A DNA stretch of 64,000 nt from Vicinamibacterales bacterium (GTDB lineage: Bacteria; Acidobacteriota; Vicinamibacteria; Vicinamibacterales; 2-12-FULL-66-21): the NCBI GenBank assembly GCA_035495555.1, contig DATJFQ010000024.1:5705-69704 (forward strand). Direction: 5' to 3'. The notes below the pieces were generated by a model. That model saw nothing but the letters and a program-made list of their open reading frames with translations. It did not search any database and was not told the DNA's origin. Shown here piece after piece: positions 20,368-27,689 of this stretch. Made by a program: the position numbers and the translations under genes. Within the stretch, counting starts at the first letter, position 1. Every line of letters begins with the position of its first letter.

Positions 20368-20714
20368 GTCGTCCGCGTCTTGCGCGCGTCGAACGCGCGG
20401 GTCACGGCCGCCGAAAAGCGGCCCCAGCGTGACAACTCGGCGCGCAGTTGAGCGCGGCCGTCTTCGGTGAGCGTGTACGAGCGGACGCGCCGGTTCGTGT
20501 CCGATTTCGTCCAGTGCGACGTAATCAGGCGTCGCGCCTCGAGGCGATGCAGCGCCGGATACAGGGACCCTTCCTCCACCAGCAGTTCGTCGCCGGTCGC
20601 CTGTTCAATCCAGCGCGCGATGCCGTAGCCGTGCAGCGGTCCCCAGCTGAGCGCTTTCAGGATGAGTGCGGTCAGCGTGCCCTGCAGGAGATCGACGCTC
20701 GTCCGGTCGCTCAT
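20364..20714 (-). CDS. PadR-family transcriptional regulator, acidobacterial type (PadR3)
   Basis: 116 aa. Sequence LLQGTLTALILKALSWGPLHGYGIARWIEQ...EEGSLYPALHRLEARRLITSHW...NRRVRSYTLTEDGR resembles the TIGR03433-type PadR that accompanies ADOPs (from memory). Confidence 0.9.
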   Translation of the reverse strand: MSDRTSVDLLQGTLTALILKALSWGPLHGYGIARWIEQATGDELLVEEGSLYPALHRLEARRLITSHWTKSDTNRRVRSYTLTEDGRAQLRAELSRWGRFSAAVTRAFDARKTRTT

Positions 20715-20721
20715 AGGCCTG

Positions 20722-20741
20722 CCATCATATACCTATGATGG
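20722..20741. promoter_or_regulatory. Perfect 8-4-8 palindrome CCATCATA-TACC-TATGATGG in the divergent PadR3/ADOP5 intergenic region (candidate operator)
   Basis: Read directly. It lies 8 nt upstream of the PadR3 start (20714) and 47 nt upstream of the ADOP5 start (20788). Confidence 0.55.
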
Positions 20742-20787
20742 TATGTGTCAAGTGCCTTCCGGCCCGTCTCGTCGTAGACTTTTCCGC

Positions 20788-23280
20788 ATGAGGACACTCG
20801 GACGCGAGCTCAGATTCGCCGTGCGCGCGCTGCGCAAGCAGCCGGCGTTCTCGGCCATCGTCGTGCTGACGCTCGGCCTCGGTATCGGCGCGAATACCGC
20901 CATCTTTTCGCTCCTCGATCAGGTGCTCCTGCGCCGCCTTCCCGTGCAGGACCCGCAGCAGCTCGTCCTCCTCGACGGCCCCGGCCCGTTCCAGGGCCGC
21001 ACGATGAACGCGCAGACCTTCTCGTACCCGATGTATCGCGACTTCCGCGATCGGACCAAAGTGTTCTCCGGCGTCCTCGGCCGCATGGCCACACCGGTGA
21101 CGCTCACGTTCAACGGCCAGGCCGAACGGGTGAACGCCGAGCTCGTCACCGGCAACTTCTTCGACGTGCTCGGCGTCCGGCCGGCGCTCGGCCGCGTGCT
21201 CAACGCGTCGGACGACGGCGCGCCTGGCGCGAATCCCGTGGTCGTCCTGAGCTACGGATACTGGACGCGCCGGTTTGGCGGGGACCCCACGGTTCTCGAC
21301 CAGACGCTGTCGATCAACGGCCACCCGATGACCATCGTTGGCGTCTCGGCTCGCGGGTTCGAAGGCGTCCAGGTCGGCTCGCCCCCCGATGTAATGGTGC
21401 CGGTGTCGATGAAAGCGCAGATGACGCCGACGTGGGACGACCTCTCGGATCGCCGAAGCCGATGGCTCACCGTGATGGCGAGGCTGGCGCCCGGCGTGAC
21501 GCGCGAGCGCGCAGCGGCGCAGATGAACGTCGTCTACCGCCAGATTCTGGAGGAGGAAGTCGCCACGCTGCCGAAGACGACCTCCCAGTCCTTCCGGCAA
21601 CGATTCGTCGCCAAGCACCTCGACGTGCTGCCCGGCGCGCGCGGGCTGTCGGATCTGCGAAGCGAGTTCAATACGCCGCTCATCGTGCTCATGTGCATGG
21701 TCGGGGTCGTCCTGCTCATCGCCTGCGCGAACATCGCCAACCTGCTGCTCGCGCGCGCCGCATCCCGGCAGCGCGAGGTCTCCATTCGTCTGGCGCTCGG
21801 CGCCGGACGGCGCCGCATCGTGATGCAGCAACTGTCGGAAAGCCTCGTGCTGGCGCTGACTGGGGCCGGCGCGGGATTGCTGTTTGCGACGTGGACCGGA
21901 TCGGCCCTGCTGGCCGCGCTGCCTGGTGACGGCGCCTCCCGCGGGCTGCATGCAGGCCCGGATGCGCGCGTCGTCCTCTTCGCGTTCGCCCTCGCCGTGA
22001 TCACGGCGCTCGTGTTCAGCGTCATGCCGTCCCTGCACGCGACACGGACACCTGTCAGCGGCGCGTTGAAAGAGGAGGCGGGGAACGTGGCGGGCGGCAG
22101 CCGGCAAGCGCGCGTGCGCGGCGCCCTCGTCGTCGCGCAGGTCGCGCTTTCGATGGTGCTGCTCTCGGGCGCGGCGCTGTTTGCGCGGAGCCTGTTCAAT
22201 CTGAAATCCGTCGATCCGGGGTTCACGATCGACCACCTCGTCACCTTTTCGATCGACCCGTCGCTGAGCGGATACGACACTCCGCGCAGCCGTACGCTCT
22301 TTCAGCGGTTGCAGGCGGAGCTGGCGTCGCTCCCAGGCGTGCGTTCGGTGTCGATGGCAGAACTCGGCCCGCTGACCGGCAACAACTGGAGCATGACCGT
22401 CAAGGTCGATGGATACGCAGCCAAGGAGAACGAAGACCTCAACCCGAACGTCGACGGCATCGGCGCCGGGTACTTCTCCACGATGGGCGTCCCGCTCGTC
22501 GCTGGCCGGGAATTCACCGCCGCGGACGATGCCGGCTCGCCGCACGTGGCGGTCGTCAACGAAACCATGGCGCACTACTTCTTCGGCAGCTCGAACCCGA
22601 TCGGCCGCCGCATCTGGTTTGGCCGCGATCGCAACATCGACATCCAGATCGTGGGCGTCGTAAAGGACACACGGTCGCTGAGCCTGAAGAACGACGCTGT
22701 GCGGTTCGTCTACATCCCGTACACTCAGGATCCGAATCTCGGTCCGCTGACTTTCTACGTGCGCGCGGCCGCTGGTCCCGCGACTCCCGCGGCAGCGGTG
22801 CGCGACGCCGTGCATCGCATCGATCCGTCGCTGCCGATGTACGACATGAAGACGATGACGGCGCAGGTCGACGATTCGCTGTTCGTCGATCGAATGGTGG
22901 CAGCGTTGTCCGTCGCGTTCGGCGCCCTGGCGACGCTGCTCGCGGCGCTCGGGCTTTACGGTGTGATCTCTTACGCGGTCGCGCGGCGGACGCGTGAGAT
23001 TGGCATCCGCATGGCGCTTGGCGCCGAGCGGACCCGCGTCCTATGGCTGGTGCTGCGCGAGGCCGCAGTCCTGGCGGGCATCGGCATCGTCGCGGGGCTT
23101 GGTGCCGCGATGCTGCTGGTCCGCTACGTTCAGGCGCAGCTTTACGGCCTTTCGGCCACGGACCCGCGGACGCTCGTCGCGGCTGCCGCCGTTCTGGGGG
23201 TCATCGCACTCCTGGCCGGCTACGTCCCCGCGCGGCGCGCGACGGCGATCGATCCGATGCTGGCGCTCAGGACGGAGTGA
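20788..23280 (+). CDS. ADOP-family duplicated permease (ADOP5, no prefix, divergent from PadR3)
   Basis: Start moved from 20662 to ATG 20788 (MRTLGRELRFAVRALRKQPAF...GIGANTAIFS). The upstream codons of the track ORF overlap PadR3. Ends ARRATAIDPMLALRTE. Confidence 0.9.
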   Translation: MRTLGRELRFAVRALRKQPAFSAIVVLTLGLGIGANTAIFSLLDQVLLRRLPVQDPQQLVLLDGPGPFQGRTMNAQTFSYPMYRDFRDRTKVFSGVLGRMATPVTLTFNGQAERVNAELVTGNFFDVLGVRPALGRVLNASDDGAPGANPVVVLSYGYWTRRFGGDPTVLDQTLSINGHPMTIVGVSARGFEGVQVGSPPDVMVPVSMKAQMTPTWDDLSDRRSRWLTVMARLAPGVTRERAAAQMNVVYRQILEEEVATLPKTTSQSFRQRFVAKHLDVLPGARGLSDLRSEFNTPLIVLMCMVGVVLLIACANIANLLLARAASRQREVSIRLALGAGRRRIVMQQLSESLVLALTGAGAGLLFATWTGSALLAALPGDGASRGLHAGPDARVVLFAFALAVITALVFSVMPSLHATRTPVSGALKEEAGNVAGGSRQARVRGALVVAQVALSMVLLSGAALFARSLFNLKSVDPGFTIDHLVTFSIDPSLSGYDTPRSRTLFQRLQAELASLPGVRSVSMAELGPLTGNNWSMTVKVDGYAAKENEDLNPNVDGIGAGYFSTMGVPLVAGREFTAADDAGSPHVAVVNETMAHYFFGSSNPIGRRIWFGRDRNIDIQIVGVVKDTRSLSLKNDAVRFVYIPYTQDPNLGPLTFYVRAAAGPATPAAAVRDAVHRIDPSLPMYDMKTMTAQVDDSLFVDRMVAALSVAFGALATLLAALGLYGVISYAVARRTREIGIRMALGAERTRVLWLVLREAAVLAGIGIVAGLGAAMLLVRYVQAQLYGLSATDPRTLVAAAAVLGVIALLAGYVPARRATAIDPMLALRTE

Positions 23281-23300
23281 CCGACCCGCCGGCGAATAGA

Positions 23301-26000
23301 ATGAGGAACATGCCTCATCGCACAGGCCTGATCCTCTTTCTTCTTCTCCTCACCGCGCCACTCGGCGCCCAGCGTCCTGCGAAGCCGGCGGCAAAATCGC
23401 CCGCCCCCGATGCCGCGCCACAGGTGGGCGTCAGCATCACGGAGCCGATGCTGAAGGGCGTCGCGGCCCGCGCCATCGGACCGGCAATCATGGGCGGTCG
23501 CATATCAGACATCGCGTACGACCCGTCTGATCCCTGGACGTTCTATGTGGCCACGGCGCACGGCGGCCTCATGAAAACGACGGACAACGGCGGTTCGTTC
23601 ACGGCGCTCACCGAAAAGGACGCGATCGTGTCGACCGGTGCCGTGGCCGTCGCGCCGTCGAACCCGAAGATCGTCTGGTTGGGAACGGGCGAGGCGAACG
23701 ATCGGAACAGCGCCGGCTTTGGAAACGGCGTCTACCGATCCACCGACGGCGGCTCGACGTGGACGCACGCGGGGCTCGACAAGTCTCGAACGGTCGCCCG
23801 CATCGCGGTCCATCCCACAAACCCGGATATCGCCTATGCGGCAGTGCCAGGCGACCTCTGGACGCCAACTCCCGATCGCGGTCTCTATAAGACGACGGAC
23901 GGAGGCAAGACATGGAAGGCCGTCCTGCAGGCGGAGGACCAGAAAGACAAGGTCGGCGCCGGCGACGTCATCGTGGATCCGTCGAATCCGGAAATCGTTT
24001 TCGCCGCGCTGTACGCGCGGCGGCGGACGCCGTGGTCGTTCGCCGCGGGGCCGGAAGCCAGCAACGGCAAGGATCTCGGGGGCATATTCCGCAGCACTGA
24101 CGGCGGCGCTACGTGGAAGAAGCTCTCGAACGGCTTGCCGCCAGCGGCGGGACGCATCGGTCTGACGGTCTATCCCAGAAATCCGAAGATCGTCTACGCC
24201 GTCGTGCAGAGTTTTGCCGGTGGCACGTCGAACATCGACGACGTAACCAGCAAGAGCGGCGGCGTGTTCCGCAGCGACGACGGCGGGGACACGTGGGTCC
24301 GGCGCAGCAACCTCGACCCGCGGCCGTTCTACTTCAGCCAGATTCGCGTCGACCCCCAGGACGATCAGAAGGTCTACGTGCTCGGCTTCATGCTCCACGT
24401 GTCCGAAGATGGGGGGAAGACCTGGCGTGAAGACCGGTTCAAGAACGTCCACTCCGACTGCCACGCGCTCGCCATCGATCCGCGCACGCCCGGACGGCTG
24501 CTCCTGGGCACCGATGGCGGCGTGTATCAGTCTTACGATCGCGGCGCGCAGTGGGCGCACGTGAACACGGTCGCCATCGGCGAGTTCTACCGGATCGCCG
24601 TCGACGACAGCACGCCGTATCGGATCTGCGGCGGCCTGCAGGACAACGCGAACTGGGTCGGCCCGAGCGCCACGCGCACGAAGGACGGCATCGTCAACGA
24701 CGACTGGACGAACATCGAAGGCGGCGATGGCATCTACTGCTTCTTCGACGCAACCGACCACAACGTTGTCTACGCGGAGTCGCAGTCGGGCACCGCGTAT
24801 CGCCTGAACCTGGAGAGCGGCGCGACGAAGGAGTTCATGCCGCAGCCTGCCGAAGGTCAGGCGGCGTTCCGCTTCCACTGGAGCTCGCCGTTCATCCGCA
24901 GCGTGCACGATCCGAAGCGCTTTTATCTTGCCGGCAACCGCGTGTTCATGTTCAGGGAACGCGGCGACGAATGGCAGGCGATCAGCCCCGACCTGTCGAC
25001 GAACAATCCCGAGCGCACCACGGCGACCGGCAGCGGTGCCGAAACGTACGGCGTCGTGTTCACGCTGGCGGAGTCGCCGCTGAAAGACGGAATGCTATGG
25101 GCCGGAACCGACGACGGCAAGTTGTGGGTGACGGAGGACAACGGCGCGCACTGGAGCGATCTCACGTCAACGCTTCCAGGCGACGCGAAAGGACAATGGA
25201 TCGCGCGGGTCGAGGCCGGGCATGCCGATGCGAACGTCGCATATCTGGTCGTCAGCAGCTATCAATCCGGCAATTATGCGCCGCTGGTGTACCGCACCGG
25301 GGACAAGGGACGCACGTGGCAGAGCATCGCCGCGAATCTCTCGAAGGACTGGCCGGCACGCGTCGTCCGCGAGGATCCGTCGAACCCGAGTCTCCTCTTT
25401 GCCGGGACCGAGACGGGACTGTTCGTCAGCTTCGATCGCGGCGGGTCGTGGCAGCCGCTCGGGGCTCTGCCGACGGTGCCCGTCGACGACATCCTCGTCA
25501 ATCCGCGCACGCACGATCTCGTCATCGCGACGCACGGGCGCAGCCTGTACATCATCGACAACATCTCGGCGTTGGAGCAGTTGACGGCCGAGAACGCGGC
25601 GACGCCTGCGCACCTGTTTCCGATCGCGCCCGCCGTCGCCTTCGAGCCGTTGCCGGGGTGGGTCGATTCGAATGGTTCGACGGGCATTTACCGCGGCGCA
25701 AACCCGCCGGTGGCGGCGTCCATCGACGTCTACGTCCACGCGTTCACAGGCGATTCGATCTCGATCGCTGTCAAAGGGCCTGACGGGAAGCCCGTCGCCA
25801 ATCTGTCCGCGCCCGGGACACCGGGTTTCAACCGCATCACGTGGGACCTGTACCCGTCGTCGGAACTTCTGACCGCGTATGGTGGCGAGGGGCGGAAGTT
25901 CGTCAAGCCTGGTGAGTACGAGGTGACGATGACGTACGGCGAGACGACCGAGACACAGAAGGTGACCGTCTCCGCGCTGCCAGATATCGAGACGCGATAA
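23301..26000 (+). CDS. Secreted BNR/Asp-box repeat beta-propeller protein (sortilin/VPS10- or GH74-like)
   Basis: Start moved to ATG 23301 (MRNMPHRTGLILFLLLLTAPLGAQ signal peptide). Repeated S/T-x-D-x-G-x-T/S-W boxes: STDGGSTWTH, TTDGGKTWKA, STDGGATWKK, SDDGGDTWVR, SEDGGKTWRE, TEDNGAHWSD, TGDKGRTWQS, SFDRGGSWQP. Confidence 0.8.
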   Translation: MRNMPHRTGLILFLLLLTAPLGAQRPAKPAAKSPAPDAAPQVGVSITEPMLKGVAARAIGPAIMGGRISDIAYDPSDPWTFYVATAHGGLMKTTDNGGSFTALTEKDAIVSTGAVAVAPSNPKIVWLGTGEANDRNSAGFGNGVYRSTDGGSTWTHAGLDKSRTVARIAVHPTNPDIAYAAVPGDLWTPTPDRGLYKTTDGGKTWKAVLQAEDQKDKVGAGDVIVDPSNPEIVFAALYARRRTPWSFAAGPEASNGKDLGGIFRSTDGGATWKKLSNGLPPAAGRIGLTVYPRNPKIVYAVVQSFAGGTSNIDDVTSKSGGVFRSDDGGDTWVRRSNLDPRPFYFSQIRVDPQDDQKVYVLGFMLHVSEDGGKTWREDRFKNVHSDCHALAIDPRTPGRLLLGTDGGVYQSYDRGAQWAHVNTVAIGEFYRIAVDDSTPYRICGGLQDNANWVGPSATRTKDGIVNDDWTNIEGGDGIYCFFDATDHNVVYAESQSGTAYRLNLESGATKEFMPQPAEGQAAFRFHWSSPFIRSVHDPKRFYLAGNRVFMFRERGDEWQAISPDLSTNNPERTTATGSGAETYGVVFTLAESPLKDGMLWAGTDDGKLWVTEDNGAHWSDLTSTLPGDAKGQWIARVEAGHADANVAYLVVSSYQSGNYAPLVYRTGDKGRTWQSIAANLSKDWPARVVREDPSNPSLLFAGTETGLFVSFDRGGSWQPLGALPTVPVDDILVNPRTHDLVIATHGRSLYIIDNISALEQLTAENAATPAHLFPIAPAVAFEPLPGWVDSNGSTGIYRGANPPVAASIDVYVHAFTGDSISIAVKGPDGKPVANLSAPGTPGFNRITWDLYPSSELLTAYGGEGRKFVKPGEYEVTMTYGETTETQKVTVSALPDIETR

Positions 26001-26005
26001 AGAGC

Positions 26006-26129
26006 AAAAAAAGGGGACAACCGCCATTTTTCGACAAAAATGGGGACAGCCAGCTATTGTCCTCTCGAGTCCCAAGTTGTCTGGCTGTCCCCATTTTTCG
26101 CAAATAATGGCGGTTGTCCCCTTTTTTTT
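26006..26129. repeat. Nested palindromic element, copy A (A7-GGGGACAACCGCCATT...AAAAATGGGGACAGCCAG / 27-nt loop / CTGGCTGTCCCCATTTTT...AATGGCGGTTGTCCCC-T8); probable bidirectional intrinsic terminator or MITE-like element
   Basis: Read directly. Left arm 26006-26053 and right arm 26081-26129 are reverse complements apart from a short central mismatch patch. Starts 6 nt after the BNR gene stop. A second copy lies at 42513-42616. Confidence 0.9.
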
Positions 26130-26175
26130 GGCTATGACGCTGAAACGGTGATTCGGCGTACGAAACCGTAGTCTG

Positions 26176-26226
26176 GCGCGCACCCGCACACCTGTGTGCG
26201 CACCCGCAAGCTCTTTGTGCGCACCA
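26176..26226. promoter_or_regulatory. Three direct repeats of a self-complementary GC box, (G/T)GCGCACC(C/A)G(C)A, spaced 20-21 bp, upstream of the HAF-repeat gene
   Basis: GCGCGCACCCGCA (26176-26188), GTGCGCACCCGCA (26196-26208), GTGCGCACCAGA (26217-26228), plus a degenerate GGTGCACACC (26232-26241). The core GTGCGCAC is its own reverse complement. Confidence 0.4.
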
Positions 26227-26288
26227 GATGAGGTGCACACCTCTGCAGGGCATTGCCGTTGCTCGATCTGCTCCGGAGGTCAACGACA

Positions 26289-27668
26289 ATGCGTCGCTTG
26301 CTGTTTACGGGCGCGGTGTGCGCGGTGCTGCTGTGCCCCGCCAGTCGATCGGTCCTGGCGGAGGGGCCCGGCTACACCATCACCAATCTGGGGACGTTTT
26401 CAGGAGTCGTCCCGTTCATCACCGGCATCAACGCCAGCGGTGCCGTCTCGGGATGGGTCCATACCGGCCTCGGCGATCGCGCGCTGCGCTATACCGATTC
26501 GGGCGGCTGGGCGCTCATCCCGGGCCTCGAATCAATCACGAGTTACGCATTCGGCATCAACGATCACGGCGACGTGGTCGGGACCGCTCTGCTTGCAAAC
26601 GGCGACATACGGGCGTTCCGCTACACCGATGGCGGCAGCGTTGAATTCGTCGCGCCGTTGGACGGCGGCAGGTCTACCCAGGGTTATGGGATCAGCAACA
26701 CCGGCGAGATGACCGGTTACGGCGACAAGTCGAATTTCACAACAGTTGCGTTCCGCCAGATGCCAGGCCTGCTCGCGCAGCCGATCGACGCATTCGGCAG
26801 CTCCTACTCAGCCGGGTGCGGCATCAACGACAGCGGCCAGGTCGCCGGGAGCTTCATGACGCCCGACAATCTGCTGCACGGATTCCGCGCGAACGTCGAT
26901 GGTACGGTCGCGGAGATTTCGGGATTGAACGGGCCTGAGAGCCAGAACTTCCCATGCGCGATCGACGGCGACGGTAATGTCACGGGGCAGGCCGAAACGG
27001 CCACTGGCGCCCTCCACGCCTTCCTGTTCAGCAGCGTCAATCCGCTGGACCTGGACTCGTTCGGATCCACCGGCAGCGCCGGCATTGCGATCTCGAACGG
27101 CGTGGTGGTCGGCACCTACACGCTCCCGGACAACGTGTCGACGCATGCGTTCAGGTACGATCGGACGACCGGCACGGTCGATCTGAATACACTGCTGCCT
27201 TCCGCGAGCGGCTGGGTGCTGACCGACGGCGGGGCGGTGAACGCCAAGGGCGTGATGGCCGGGCAAGGAACGCTGAATGGAGCGTCAGCCGCGTGGAAAT
27301 TGTCACCGCCTTCGGATACGACGCCCCCCACGATCGCTGCGCTGTCGGTGTCGCCGTCAGCGTTGAAGCCGGATCACAAGATGACGCCGGTCGTCGTCTC
27401 CGTCTCCGCGACAGACGACGTGGACCCGCATCCGTCCTGTTCCATTACCGCGATCGACGCGACCGACGGGGATCCGGGCGACGCCGCCATCACGGGTCCG
27501 CTCACCGCGTCTGTGCTGTCGGCGAAGGATGCCCGCGGGAACACCCGCGTCTACACGCTCACGGTGACGTGCAGCGACGCGTCACGGAATGCGTCGACGG
27601 GAACGGTAACGGTGCAGGTGGCGGGCAACGGTGCGTCGAAGGCCCTGACCAGGATCAAGGGAGACTGA
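26289..27668 (+). CDS. Secreted HAF-family extracellular repeat protein with C-terminal Ig-like domain
   Basis: Start moved to ATG 26289 (MRRLLFTGAVCAVLLCPASRSVLA signal peptide). Recurrent ...G.N..G.V.G......HAF/RAF motifs (IRAFRYTD, LHGFRAN, GALHAFLF, STHAFRYD), as in the HAF extracellular repeat family (TIGR03803, from memory). Confidence 0.75.
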   Translation: MRRLLFTGAVCAVLLCPASRSVLAEGPGYTITNLGTFSGVVPFITGINASGAVSGWVHTGLGDRALRYTDSGGWALIPGLESITSYAFGINDHGDVVGTALLANGDIRAFRYTDGGSVEFVAPLDGGRSTQGYGISNTGEMTGYGDKSNFTTVAFRQMPGLLAQPIDAFGSSYSAGCGINDSGQVAGSFMTPDNLLHGFRANVDGTVAEISGLNGPESQNFPCAIDGDGNVTGQAETATGALHAFLFSSVNPLDLDSFGSTGSAGIAISNGVVVGTYTLPDNVSTHAFRYDRTTGTVDLNTLLPSASGWVLTDGGAVNAKGVMAGQGTLNGASAAWKLSPPSDTTPPTIAALSVSPSALKPDHKMTPVVVSVSATDDVDPHPSCSITAIDATDGDPGDAAITGPLTASVLSAKDARGNTRVYTLTVTCSDASRNASTGTVTVQVAGNGASKALTRIKGD

Positions 27669-27689
27669 CCGGGCGCGGCGAGAACGCCT

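Noticed and set aside
20725-22815. 696-aa minus-strand ORF, antisense to ADOP5 (similar cases at 3042-4607, 15169-16362, 41513-42751, 55521-56768 and 58412-59446)
   Set aside because: Each overlaps a permease or PBP gene with strong family features on the opposite strand, and each has low-complexity Arg-rich translations.
23043-23300. N-terminal extensions of track ORFs: 23043-23300 (BNR protein), 17278-17421 (ADOP3), 48493-48624 (A2M), 12348-12530 (guaB), 20662-20787 (ADOP5), 49295-49807 (HTH gene), 42623-42907 (pbpC)
   Set aside because: The extensions overlap the neighbouring gene or a repeat array, lack family similarity, and are followed by an internal Met/GTG that yields a canonical N-terminus or signal peptide. 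I moved the starts accordingly.
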